Assembly (NCBI RefSeq): GCF_001194135.2
Contig: NC_068991.1
Location: 36,248,475 to 36,305,416, forward strand
Reading direction: 5' to 3'
Length of the DNA: 56,942 nucleotides
DNA from: Octopus bimaculoides
Lineage: Eukaryota
The notes under the pieces: generated by a model
Database searches by the model: none
What the model was told of the DNA's origin: nothing
Seen by the model: the letters and a program-made list of their open reading frames with translations, nothing else
Program-made: the position numbers and the translations under genes
In this document: one piece after another, positions 1 to 12,628 of the stretch
Layout: each line of letters opens with the position of its first letter
Numbering within the stretch: position 1 is the stretch's first letter

Positions 1-186
1 ATATATATATATATATATACATATATATTATGAACACAACATTGACAAAAATGGAGGGATGCATATCTGTTGAGCTACATTATATGAGCATGTGTGTCTA
101 TGTACATACATACATACAAACAGACATACATATAAACATATATATATGTATGTGTGCGTGTATATATATATATATATATATAACCA

Positions 187-338
187 CGATGGCCTGCTTT
201 CAATTTCCGTTTTCTTAATCCATTCACAAGGCTTTGGTCGGTCTGAGGCTATAGTAGAAGCGACTTGCTCAAGATACCACGCAGTGGGACTGAATCCGGA
301 ACGATGTGGTTGGGAAGCAAGTTACTTATCACAGCCAC
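187..338 (-). mobile_element. SINE family B, 5' half (tRNA-like head)
   Basis: cacaaggctttggtcgg..gaggctatagtagaag..acttgc.caag..cacgcagtgggactgaa.ccggaac.atgtggttgggaagcaag; the same block recurs at 14752-15110 and 41310-41776. Confidence 0.75.
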
Positions 339-671
339 TACACACCCACACCCACACCCACATCACACACATTATGTATGCATATATATGTTGGATTTTG
401 CTGATATAAATGAAAATATTCCGCAATTTCTTGGTGAACAAATCGCACGAATGATTTGGTTAGAAAAATCTCAATAAGTGATGAAAGTAGTAACTGTACT
501 AAGAGTACGTACCAAGTTGAGTCAAAAAGTTTTTCGTATTTCAAGCTTAATTAATCGTTCAATCAAATTACATACCTTCTTTGACATTTCCTGGGCCTTG
601 CATATCATTAATTCTGTTCATCGTTGCCCTTGCTCTCAGTCCTTTTTTAAACAGGTAGTGTAAAATGGATC

Positions 672-1654
672 GGATCTTTTCCCTTTCATCAGCAGATCGA
701 GAAATTATTTTTTTGTAACTAAACACTTTGAAATTTCGGATACTGGTAAAATGTGTCATATAAAACATCTTTTACTCATAGTGTTGTTGAGAAAAGTTTA
801 TATTTTCAAAGTTNNNNNNNNNNNNNNNNNNNNNNNNNNNNNNNNNNNNNNNNNNNNNNNNNNNNNNNNNNNNNNNNNNNNNNNNNNNNNNNNNNNNNNN
901 NNNNNNNNNNNNNNNNNNNNNNNNNNNNNNNNNNNNNNNNNNNNNNNNNNNNNNNNNNNNNNNNNNNNNNNNNNNNNNNNNNNNNNNNNNNNNNNNNNNN
1001 NNNNNNNNNNNNNNNNNNNNNNNNNNNNNNNNNNNNNNNNNNNNNNNNNNNNNNNNNNNNNNNNNNNNNNNNNNNNNNNNNNNNNNNNNNNNNNNNNNNN
1101 NNNNNNNNNNNNNNNNNNNNNNNNNNNNNNNNNNNNNNNNNNNNNNNNNNNNNNNNNNNNNNNNNNNNNNNNNNNNNNNNNNNNNNNNNNNNNNNNNNNN
1201 NNNNNNNNNNNNNNNNNNNNNNNNNNNGAAAATCGCCAAAAATCGGAATTTTGAAATTTTTTGCCCCCCTTCCTTCACTTTTTTCCGTAACTCTAACCCT
1301 AAATCCCTAACCTTAAAACGCTAACCCTAACTCTAACCCTAACCCTAAAGCTAAAACCAGTACAAACGCACGACCGATGTCATAAATAACAGTGACAAAC
1401 GAAATATACACCGCCGATAGTTGTTGACAAACAACTGCATTAATTTTATTCAGCTGAATACACGTCATTGATTGGTTGAACTTACCGAAATATGACAACT
1501 TTAACACGAAATAACTTTGAAAATATAAACTTTTCTCAACAACAATAAGAGTAAAATATGTTTTATATGACACATTCTACCAGTGTCCGAAGTTTGAAAG
1601 TGTTTAGCTACAAAAAATTAATTTCTCGATCTGCCATTGAAAGGGAAAAGATCC
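672..1654. mobile_element. Non-autonomous TIR DNA transposon (MITE-like), TIRs of at least 140 bp, 8-bp TSD
   Basis: 672-813 is an imperfect inverted repeat of about 1514-1654 (ggatcttttccctttca...gaaaagtttatattttcaaagtt). An exact direct repeat, aatggatc, lies at 664-671 and 1655-1662. The interior is partly in an N-gap. Confidence 0.9.
1288..1358. repeat. Degenerate telomere-like (TAACCC)n tract inside the MITE
   Basis: taactctaaccctaaatccctaaccttaaaacgctaaccctaactctaaccctaaccctaaagctaaaacc. Confidence 0.8.
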
Positions 1655-1898
1655 AATGGATCTAATTGCTATTTGTTCACCAATCATTATCAAAGCTGTA
1701 AAATAAAGAATAAACAATTAATGTTTATATGTCATATATGAAAATGAGGAAAAAGCAAGACAACAACAATTGGAGAACAGGTTGTATGAAATTAATGATA
1801 TAACCTGGAGATACAAGTTGCTAAAAATCCAGTAGTGAAAAAAAACCCAAAAAACTTTTGACTCGACCTGGTATATCATAATATAATGTAGCTAGTAT

Positions 1899-2108
1899 AA
1901 GGTGGCGAGTTTGCAGAATCGCTAGTACGCCGTGCAGAATGTTCTGAAGCATTGCGTTCCACTTCACTTTTTGAGTTCAAAATAAAGACTTTATCTTTCC
2001 TTCTTTCAGATTCGATAAAGTAAGTACCTATTAAATACTGGAGTTGATGTTATCGACTGTCCCCTTCCTCTAATATTTCAGGCCTTGTGCCTACAAGTAG
2101 AAAGAATC
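1899..2108 (+). mobile_element. SINE family A (tRNA head plus Nin/Deu-like core)
   Basis: aaggtggcgagtttgcagaatcg head, gagttcaaa B-box-like motif, cttctttcagattcgataaagtaagtacc core, aggccttgtgcctacaagtagaaag tail. Confidence 0.75.
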
Positions 2109-4992
2109 ACAAAGATAGTCGGGAAACTTTTAGTAGCGGTGTCCAGTAATAACTTATAGATTTATTGGAGCTCTCTTCTTGTGGTGGATGAAGAGAGGAC
2201 TATTTTAGCCAAATGGTCCTCAGTTTCTTCTTGTTGCAAACCAGTTTGAAATTTGGACACAGTTGCATTACTAAGTTTAACTGTGCTTTCGTTATTATTG
2301 TTGTTCAACTCCAATTCAGCTCCGATAAAGCAGACATATTTTTAAAAACGTTTCCTATTATTTAAACAATGAATATGAGACAGCACTATCTTTCGTGTCC
2401 TATTTCAACACGGTAGTGTGTGTGTGATTTGAGGGAGAGTATGCTTCTATTTCTAGCAGATAACCCGATCACATTCATATTCTTCCACTGGTTCGTGAAT
2501 ATTCTTCGTTTAGGATACTTTTTGTTAAATTGTTTATCGACAAGTCAGCAAAGGTAAAAGACGTTCCAGTTTTTGACCATTCCGTCTTTATTTTATAACT
2601 ACAACTACGGACTGTGTCTAATGCGCAGTGCTATTTCTCTGACTGAAGTGTATGACTTGATGAATTTGCATGGCATCCATACCTGCTGGGTTGTAGTAAG
2701 ATGTAATTTTGAAGATGGTTTTGGGTAGTAGCTGGATACAAACCCACGGAAAGTTAATTGCATCCTGTTAATCTCGATGACGTAAGATTCATATAGATAT
2801 TTTAATATACTGTCTTATTCCTAGTTGCCGTAAGCACTTCCGAATAAATAAAAATATGAAACAATTACATCACGGAAGAGCCATTTTCGGTATGTTAACC
2901 ATTTTAGCCATTTAAATATATATAAAAAAACTGTTATATTAACTTTTTCATTTATTTCTTGAGATGTTAAAATATTCATTATAACCTGGTTAGTGGCATT
3001 GCCACTGCAACTGCTTGAAACTTAGTAATTTACCAAACGAAGAACGATTTCGGAAAATATGAAAATTCTATACGAGATCGGTTCAAAGGCTGTCGGTTTC
3101 GATTTTTATAGATGACTTTTCCGTATTTTACAGCGTCTGGAGAAGTTAATGAGAACAGAGTTTGGATGACGAGAAAAAAAGAGTGCCCTGAAATCTTTGA
3201 GAAAAGTGCACAATGGTGGAAACTTCCAGGAAATGTATTACAACATTGGAAATAGACAACTAAATCGCCAGAGTACATCTGATGATTTTAATCTTTCTTT
3301 AACGTCTTAAAGGTGGCTGTCTTTCTCCAGGGTATTGATAGTGACCGGGCTTGTAGGAGCAACCATACACACGGGGGAAGGAATTAAGAGTTCGTTTGGT
3401 TCTGGTTTTTATAAAAAGTATATTATTGTTGCTTCTCATATCAACCTTAATGCAACATCAAAGGAGCTCCGGCTGTAACCATCCTGTTTTTCATTTCTAT
3501 AGAATATTCTTTTTTATAATAGTAGGGAGATGTCTGTAATAGATTTGGTTGATATTTCTAGCAAGTTATAAAGATTCATCACTTCGTTCATTTAACGATA
3601 TTAATAGCCCTAGAAAAACATGTACATTACTAAGTGACGTGTGGAAAATCCTGCAGGATTATAACACAGAGCCCATTCTATTGCTGAAACCATTTAATAT
3701 TCCAACATGATTTATTTTCTAGGTATAATTTCAAATATATTTGACTTCAAGAAATAAGTGGCAGGAGTCTAGTCAATGTCAGTTTATTCATGATATGTTA
3801 TTGACATCAGATTCGGTAAGTATCCTAAAGGAATAAATGAGTAACAATAGAGTTTCGATTCTAGGTTCAATTAATTTCTCTTAGCTTACACTGCTAATAT
3901 CTCTAAAATGAATGGATATTGCCAATCTTGTGCATAGCCAAAAGAACCATTTAAGGAGCAAATCTCTTTAATTCTTCGTTTCTTTATCCCACAATTCCTT
4001 GGATCACCTGATTATGAGTCTTTCAGCTTTGGTGAAATAATATGTTCCATTTGAAATTCTGTGAATATATTTATTAGTTAGAGAATTTTGTGTTTCTTCT
4101 CGCAATTAACAAGACTTGAATTTACTTCCTCCCTCTGGCAAGATTCAATGTTACACAAGCAATATATCAATAATACAAGTTGTTTATGAATGCAAGTAAA
4201 AGAAAATATTCTAAGCAGATGCAGAATTCATTTAAACACTTTGAACATAATATTTATGGCAACATTTATATATTTTGTTAAATTAAACTTTCACAATGCC
4301 TTTTAAGCAACTTCTTTATTCACTATCATTGAAGGAACAAATCACTTCATGAAAGAAATTGGGGTCGCACTGTATAATCTAATTACAGAGTATACAGTGT
4401 GGTATTAAATAGCAGAAGAATGTCAGACTGAATACTCTTCAAGAGAGAATATAGTTACTTCTTTCTGAGTTCAAATCTTTCCGAGGCCATTTTGTTTTTG
4501 GGGATCCGAATTAATTCAAACAATTATATAAAAAAAAAACAAAACGTTAGGGCGTTTGCTTACATGTAGATAAAATTTTTGTTGCTTTTTTTTTCTCGCT
4601 AATCTTGAATGAAAGTAGAAAAATATCATATTTGATAATATTTTTGATAATATAATATTTGATAATATATTTGATAATATAATGGCGAATATCTTAAGGC
4701 TAAAAACAACTTTCCGACAAGTCGAGTCTGATACACGACTGCCGTTATTTCTTTGAAAACTAAAAAAAAACCTGGTTGTACCGACTAAAATGATTACTAA
4801 AATATTACAAAAGACAGACAGTTGGATTTAAAGCAATTAACGAGTGTTTAGTTGGCTTATCTGCGATAGATGGTTTCATGTTCCGAAGAAAATTATTATC
4901 ATTGGTTTTAAAATAAACTCCGACTCATAAACAGCGAATCTTTGAGAATAGGTATCAGCTACGACAGTTACAATTATATTTTTATTAATTTC

Positions 4993-5975
4993 GGCACAAG
5001 ACAGCAATTTTTTAGAGCTGGGAATCTGTTGACCTCCAAATGATGAAATGGGAAGTCGACCTCAGTAGAATTAGAACTCTAGCCGCTTTAAATCATAATG
5101 TTCATAATCGTTTCCGTCCATCTTTACGTTCTGAGTTCAAATTCTTCCGAGGTCGACTTTACCGTTTATCCTTTTGGGGATGAATAAAATAAGTATCATC
5201 GGAATACTGAGGTCAATGTAACTGACTTACCCACACCCTCGAAATTGCTGATCTTGTGCTAAAATTTGAAACTGATATCAAAAATCATTTCTACTATAAG
5301 CACAAGTCCAGGAATTTTGCTGGAAAGGGGGAAAGTCGATTACATCGACCCTAGTGTTCAACTGGTACCTATTTTACCGACCTCAAAAGGATAAAAGGTA
5401 TGGTCGACCTCGGCTGAATTCGAAATCAGAATGTAAAGACGAAAATGCCGTTAACCATTTTGTCCAGTGTACCTCCGTTTCTGCCAGCTCGTGGCCTTTT
5501 CGCAGTTTAAAATATACTGGTTTCAAATTTTGGTACAAGGCCAGCAATTTTCGGGGTAGGAGTCTAGTCGATTATAGTTGCCCCATTGCTCGACGGGTAC
5601 TTATTTTATCGACGCCAAAAAGATAAAAAGCAAGGTCGATTTCGGCAGAATTTTAACTCAACTTAAAACTAGAAGATATGCAGCTAGGCATTTTATTCGT
5701 CGCGCTAATGATTCTGATTGCTTGCCGCCTTCATAGTAATAACAACAACAACAATAATAATAATTCTTTCTAATATAGACTGAAATTTTCGGGGAAGGGA
5801 GCTGGTCGATTTTATCGACACTAGTGCTCAACTGATACTTATTTCATCATCTCAGAAACGATGAAAGTTAAAGCCGACCTCGGCAGAATTTGAATGAAGA
5901 ACGTAAAGCCGGAATAAATGTAATTAATCATATTGTCCAGCATGCTATCGATTCTTCCTGCTCGCCACCTTAATA
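4993..5975. mobile_element. Cluster of about 5 SINE-A copies (about 5110-5285 +; 5286-5500, 5515-5733 and 5762-5975 -; fragment near 4993-5085)
   Basis: Repeated gtcgacctcggc.gaatttgaa / ttctgagttcaaattc..ccgaggtcgacttt cores and ctcgccgcctt heads. Confidence 0.8.
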
Positions 5976-5978
5976 AGA

Positions 5979-6024
5979 AACAACAACAACAACAACAACA
6001 ACAATAACAACAACAACAACAACA

Positions 6025-6081
<57 letters not shown>
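5979..6081. repeat. Compound microsatellite (AAC)n(ACT)n
   Basis: Read directly from the sequence. Confidence 0.97.
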
Positions 6082-6082
<1 letters not shown>

Positions 6083-6084
6083 AA

Positions 6085-9000
6085 TTTACCACTAAAGGTT
6101 CACAAAAAACATTGGAGACGGTACAGGACAACACAATGTGAGGTCACACAAAGAAGCTTGCAAAAAGTAAAAACGATAACAATACAAATTCCAACAACAA
6201 AAAATTTCCCAAAAGAAGGAGACTTCATAGGGTCGCTCGTAGAAACCCCACAAAACCACTGATGTCCTGACCACTAAGGCAAACGCCCTTTCCACATCGT
6301 CTTTCTTCAATCTACATGTGCATGCTTAGAGTTGGTCTGTTCACTCGAACCATTCTTGCTACATTCACGCACTTTTCAACAAAGTAGCTGGGAAGCTGCA
6401 CTTCCCTCTCTACCCTCACCTTCCTTTTCAGGTGGAATTTGAAAATGTTGATGAGGGTTAGACTAAAGTGGAAAGTATCTCTCTTCAGCACTTTCAATCA
6501 GGTCCACCACAGAACCTAATTGCAAAGGCTAGCAGATAAATGAACAATGTCTTCCGTTCTGGGCTAAAGGAAGGCGGCAGAACTTTTCACAATAGAATCA
6601 ACCGATAGCCGGATCCGTCATGCACGTGACAGCATGAAGAATAGTTTCGTCGCTCTGCGTGCATCTTGGGATTCTCGTCGCTCTGTGTGCATCTCGGTCA
6701 CTTCCATGCCTGTAGAGTTTGTACCAAACTGGCAATAGTCCCAGAAATTTATGGAAATTATCCATCGGTTCCTGCAAGAAAGTCATCCAGAATAGACCAA
6801 CTAGTTAATTCTTGTTGACGCCCAGCTTTCTTAAGAGCGACGTCAGACTTCTACGCCATTATACTCTATAGAACGCCAAATGGAACTTCCACAGACCGCA
6901 ATTGTCGACTGACAGAAGACCCACTGACTTTTCTACGGTAATTTTTGCCCCTGTCACCACCTACTATTCTCTTAGAGCAGCGTCGATCGAGTCTATGTGC
7001 CTAGTGCTCGACACTAAGAAGGTGACGTCTTCCACATACTGACACGGTTCTCCCACGTCTTTGTTCGTGCGGGGTGTCAATCAACACCTTTAATTTCCGT
7101 TGTAATAGCTCTAGAGCTAGTTCATGCAGAAGAAACGGGAGGGGACACTGTTGACTGACCAATCACATGATGCTGAATGCCTCCGATAAGTAACCACTCA
7201 CCTGGACTACCGAGCAGATATCGCTGTACATTGAGGTAATCGAACCACGAAAACGGGACTGAAACCGGCCGCCGTGAGAACAGCAGCCAAGTACTGGTGG
7301 TCGACCTTATCGATTAGTACATATTGATCAGGCTTCCATTCGTGCCGGCTTCTTTGCCCACCCTGTCTAACATGTATCTCATGAGATAGAGGTCGTCTTG
7401 GATGGATCTGCTTGGGATGGTGCATGTTTGCGCATCATCAATCAGTTCCTCGACGACAAGCGCTAACCTCTTTCTAACACCTTGGCTAACCTCTTTGCTA
7501 ACATCTTCGCGTTGAAGAATTGGTCCAGGTCTAATCTTGCCACGCGCATGTCAGTTGCGATGCCTTTCCTAAGCGCCTCTTCTAAGTTTCTAAGTTTTCC
7601 TTTATTCTATTTCCTTCTATCGCTAATGCCTTACTAAACCCAACTGATTCTACTTTAATTGCCCTTTTCGGGGCATTCATCTTTTGTTGTTGACATTTGA
7701 CCCTGTCAGCGAGCTTGGCACGCCAGGGGTGACGCGTTCAGCTTCCAATAGCTGGGTCCCTGCCTACAAAGCCTATCTAAGTCGACCGTGCAGATTACAA
7801 ATTTGCGGTCTGTGTTACCAACGATTTTAAAAAGTGGACAATTTATGCTATCCTTATCTACTAACCTACAGACTACTCTATCTGGATACTATCTTGATGG
7901 TCTGATGCAGTTCGTCTATGTCTAGGTAGCACATTCGAGAAACCTTTCAGTACTGTCATTTGAGAACGCCTGAGCAGGTTTGCGAAGCTTTAGCACCCCT
8001 CTCTTCTAACATCTAGTCCCGCACAATCTAAACGCACATCCAACATGGTGTTCCAGTCGACTATTAGACGTTTGAAGATACCCGGCTGTCCTGCCCCTGT
8101 CGGAGCAAAAATTGCCACCACTCTGATAGCACCCCCGTCGCTACTGTTCACATCCAAGACCACTAACTTACCTTCTGGGTCCAGGAAGATGGCCCTTATC
8201 TTGAGATCCAGAACTTTCCGGAAAAAACACCACAATTCCATCCTTACCCAATTCCCAGTTGACATGGAAGTAATCGAATAGGTAACCTTGTTTCCAAAGC
8301 GACATCAGGTTGCGTGCATTAATACTTCTTACTCTGAGAAAGGCCATGTTTGTCAGAGAGAAGGAGAGTGAAGAGAATCACTCTAATTCTCTGGGGAGAC
8401 ATGTGTTCTGTCCTTTTGGCTATTTATAGGTGTAACTGAAAATGCCTTAGGAGTAATGTTCATGTTGTTGGTTTGGATTACTATCTGTTTTCGTTTGTCG
8501 AGGTGTTTGCAATGTTGGTGGTGTTTATAGCGTTGGAGATGTTTGTAGTTGTATTGGTGTAGAATGTGCGGGTGTGAGATGGTTTGTTGGTTCTGTGTCT
8601 CCTTCAATTATTTTCGCTTCTAATCTTGTACCGCACTTGTTAGAATTTCTTTCTTTTTTCCTTCCTCAGGATCCATTCTGGTGGTTTTTTCTAAAATATT
8701 TTCCTCGCTAGACGAATTTTCACAGTCGAAAAAAATCTGTGGCAGTGGTCAAAGGTATGCTGAACAGTCTCGCATTTCTAAGCTGGTGGTCTGGTTGATT
8801 GGTGTGTGTGGGTGAAGCTTCTCTCGGTTGCGATGGTACAGGGAATGTTATTTTTTGCTCGAATGTGGTACAGGTGCATGCCGCTGTTGTTGAATGTATC
8901 TTCATCTTTCCTGTTGCTCCTTCTTTTGATGCTGTTGGTATTTTGGATGCTGCTGCTTCAGGCACTGAAGCTATTGGTGCTGTTTTTGTTTCTTTTGATG

Positions 9001-9420
9001 CTGATGTTATCGTGAAAGAGGTGTCTGCAGCATCGAGGGTTTTTTTTATCTTTGCATGGGGCAGAAAACCTGTAAGTGGTTTGTTTCGCCACAAATGTGG
9101 CATCTCGGCTTTTTGCCCTCGACTGCTACGAACAGGTGTGTATCCACTTCTGTTGGTACCTTTGCCATCTTTACTTTAACCGCCTTCCGACCGAGGTATG
9201 TTGGAATTATCCACAATTCTTCACTTTTTAGGGTTATTGTTGCACTTTCTTTGGCTTTTTCTTCAATTAAGAATCTCACTTCAACTGTGCCTAAGCGTCT
9301 TCCTCGAGTGACATAAGTTTTAATTCTACCAGACTTGATCTTAGGCTTTTTTCGATCCGGCCTATGTAGCCCGCTCCAGTTTCCTGGCTTTTGATGAATT
9401 ACACTTGTAGACAATAGTTT
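6085..9420 (-). mobile_element. Degenerate Tx1/L1-clade LINE with ORF1 and ORF2 remnants; may extend 5' to about 9950
   Basis: ORF1 gag-like knuckle CHICGETNHLQVFC (9046-9414). APE-type pieces DPEGKLVVLDV..RVVAIFAP and PSYWKLNAS. RT pieces CTIPSRSIQDDLYLMRY, DKVDHQYLAAVLTAAGFSPVF, and an eroded YADD (..EDVTFLV). C-terminal RCTQSDETILHAVTC and FKFHLKRKVRVERE. Many stops, frameshifts and internal deletions. Confidence 0.85.
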
Positions 9421-10109
9421 TTTTTTCTATTATCATTTTGTATTTCCTTTGGTGTGTTTAAAAATAATGTTCTCTCGCTCTTTGTTAAGTGCGCTTTGGT
9501 GTCGTTTAACATATTTTTCAACGCGCCAAGTTTCTCCAGTCGACGACACGCTTGTGCGAAACCATTTCCATTTTGTTTAGAAATAGGAACGGTCGTTGTT
9601 CCCGGTGTGTTAATGTTTGTGTTGATAGGGAAAGTGGGTGATGGTGGTGGAGGTGCTGGAGGCGGCAGTGTTCTAGCTCGTATTGTTGCTGCTTTTTGTT
9701 GTCATTGTTCTCTTTTGTTGTCCCTGTGACGGTCAAGACGGTGTTGAAATTTTTTTGCAGCGGAAAATTAGCATCATACTTATCCCGCGCTGTGTTATTG
9801 CTGTTGTTGTTGTTACTGCTGCTGCTGCTGCTGTCATTGAATTTGACCTGTTTACTGTTCCGTTGTGCAGATAGCTGGCTGTTCAGTTCAGCGGACCAAC
9901 AATCTGCGTCCACCATCATTCTTTTTTTTTTAAACAAAAATTGGTGGGCGTGTTTGCTAAATAGAGGCCAATTTAACCCCTATGGGCTACAGATGGAGAA
10001 AACTTACTAGCTATCTAATGTTCAATATATAACTTGGTGTAACAATAGAAATAATAGCAAACTTATGGAAGCGATATACATTACGTGTCGATAGACAAAA
10101 AAAAATGAT

Positions 10110-10577
10110 AATCTTTTCTACTATAGGCACGAGGAATCAAATTTTGTGGGAGGGGGTGGTTATTCGATTACATTGACCCCAGTGCTTGACTGGAACTTAT
10201 TTCATTAACCTCGAAAAGATGAAAAGTGGAATTTAAACTCATAATTCAAAGTTGGAAGAAATGCCACTAATCATATTATCTGGCTAACGATTCTACCAGT
10301 CCGCCTCCTTGATAATGATAATAGTAATAATAATAATAATTAGTATGATTATTATTATTTCTACTCTAGGTACAAGGCCTTGAAAATTTTTGGGTGAAGG
10401 AGGCTACTCGATTGCATCGATCCCAGTTGCGTAACTGGTACTTATTGTCATCGATCCCGAAAGGATGAAAGGCAAAGTCAAGCTCGGCGGAATTTGAACT
10501 CAGAACGTAGCGGCAGACGAAATATCGCCAAACGTTTCGCTCGGCGTGCTAACGATTCTGTCTGCTTGCCGCCTTAA
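10110..10577 (-). mobile_element. Two tandem SINE-A copies (10110-10312 and 10350-10577) separated by (AAT)-rich sequence
   Basis: cccgaaaggatgaaaggcaaagtcaagctcggcggaatttgaactcagaacg core; gcttgccgcctta head. Confidence 0.85.
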
Positions 10578-10809
10578 TAATAAAAACAACATGAATAGTT
10601 TCTAATATGGTGGATTTTCTATAGGTCTCTCTACTGAGCATTCAGCGGTTCAACCAACTGAATTTTTACACGTGAAATTAACGTGCAAGCAGTTGAGTTT
10701 TCTGCCGTGTAGCAGTTGAAGCAATTCGCAAGTGTCAAGCAGTATGTAAAAAAAACTGGAGGTTTGAGTTACAGACAATTCAGAGATAACTGGCTAAGTA
10801 GCTAGTTAG

Positions 10810-11260
10810 TTAGATACGTAGATATATGGAGACATAGATCGATTGGTAGATGGATAAATAGGTGGATAGATAGATATAATTAGACAGGTAGATAGATATA
10901 GATTGATACGGTGAGACAGATATAAAAAGATACGTATAGATAGAAAGATATAATGGACAGGCAGACAGAGAAACGAAAAGATAGATAGACAGACAGATAG
11001 ATAAATATATATATATATATATATATATANNNNNNNNNNNNNNNNNNNNNNNNNNNNNNNNNNNNNNNNNNNNNNNNNNNNNNNNNNNNNNNNNNNNNNN
11101 NNNNNNNATAGATAGATAGATAGATAAAAAGACACATAGATAGACAGACAGATAGACAGACAGATAGTCAGACAGAGACGTAGATAGCTAGATAGGCAGA
11201 CAGATTGATAGACAGATGGACAGACAAACAGATAGATAGATTGTAAAATAAATGGAAAGT

Positions 11261-11307
<47 letters not shown>

Positions 11308-11360
11308 GGAGAGAGAGAGAGGGGGGAGAGAGAGGGAGAGAGAGATAAAGAGAGAGAGGA
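10810..11360. repeat. (GATA)n/(GACA)n/(AT)n/(GT)n/(GA)n microsatellite block spanning a gap
   Basis: Read directly from the sequence. Confidence 0.9.
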
Positions 11361-12413
11361 AATGATCACAGTATTTGACATGTATTGTGTTTATTGATTC
11401 TTAAAGGATGAAGCACTAAGCTGACCTTAACGAGATTTTTAACTCAGAATGCAGACAGACGTATCGAATATCGCAAAGTATCACCACCTTGATTCCTTAT
11501 ACTGGTAGTAAACGTCGAACTGATTATATTGGCCCCTTACTGTACTGGTTCCTATTTTATCGATCCTCTGAAGGATGACATGCAATGTCAATGTTGGTGG
11601 GATTTGAACACCCAAAGGTAATTAATCCGTCGCTTTATTTCAGTGAGGTCGAAGAGTTTGATTAACTTGCTCTTACGTTGACATTACTGTTCCTAAAGTA
11701 TTATTGCTTAAGTTGAATCAGAGATGAGGAAGGAAAGTGTATGTAATAGCTTAAAATATTTCTGATATAGGTTCTAAAGCCGTATTTTTTAAGGGTTATG
11801 AGAAACAGGTATATAAAAGTTGATCCTTTTCTTTGATGGACATTGGATGACATATCGTGTAAATATATATTAATACTATTTTCCTTTATAAATTACTAAA
11901 ATATCTCGAGAGATGAAAGGGAAATTAACAGTGCAATGAAATGTCTCATGAACTCCTAGGAGCGTTTGAGAAAGAGCATGGACTTATCTGAATTATTATG
12001 ACATGGCGTGGATGAGAAATGGGTATCCTTCTAGTTATGATAATTGTCCATTGTCTATTGTAGCATTCATATGTGTGGCCTATTAACTATTTCCAACAAC
12101 TACGTGAACTGAAGTAATACAGGATTAAGTTTCAGTCGAAATATTTCGTGAGATATCATCAGTGATTAAAAGCAGTTCTTGAATTGGGAGCTGGGTGTGG
12201 GTAGGTAAATAGATTATCATCAGGACCATTTTCTTCTACACAACTTAACTTATTGCAATAAATTGAAATTGAAATGGTGTCAACCGAGAATCAAAATGCT
12301 GTTCTGAGCTTGACTTAAGAGAGAATTCTAATTTACGAAGCTTATCACTTTCACCTTACGTTTCTTATTTAAAGCCATTTATCTTAAATAGTTTCAACCA
12401 ACTACAATAAAAG

Positions 12414-12628
<215 letters not shown>

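Larger units (their letters stand above)
576..1695 (-). pseudogene. Mariner (Hsmar1/Mos1-type) N-terminal HTH-coding exon, split by the 672-1654 insertion
   Basis: Removing 672-1654 plus one TSD copy gives MIGEQIAIRSILHYLFKKGLRARATMNRINDMQGPGNVKE (ATG at 1687). This matches the IRxIxxxFKxGxxAxxTxxxINxxxGPGxxxE pattern of mariner HTH1. It is flanked by tttattctttattttacag| (1696) and AAG|gtatgt (576/575). Confidence 0.65.

Noticed and set aside
1288-1358. True telomere or chromosome-fusion scar
   Set aside because: Short, degenerate and enclosed within a TIR element with a TSD.
3113-3820. Several acceptor/donor-like sites and short frames (MTFPYFTASGEV.., VLIVTGLVGATIH.., ..LTSDS|gtaagt)
   Set aside because: They could not be joined into a consistent open gene model.
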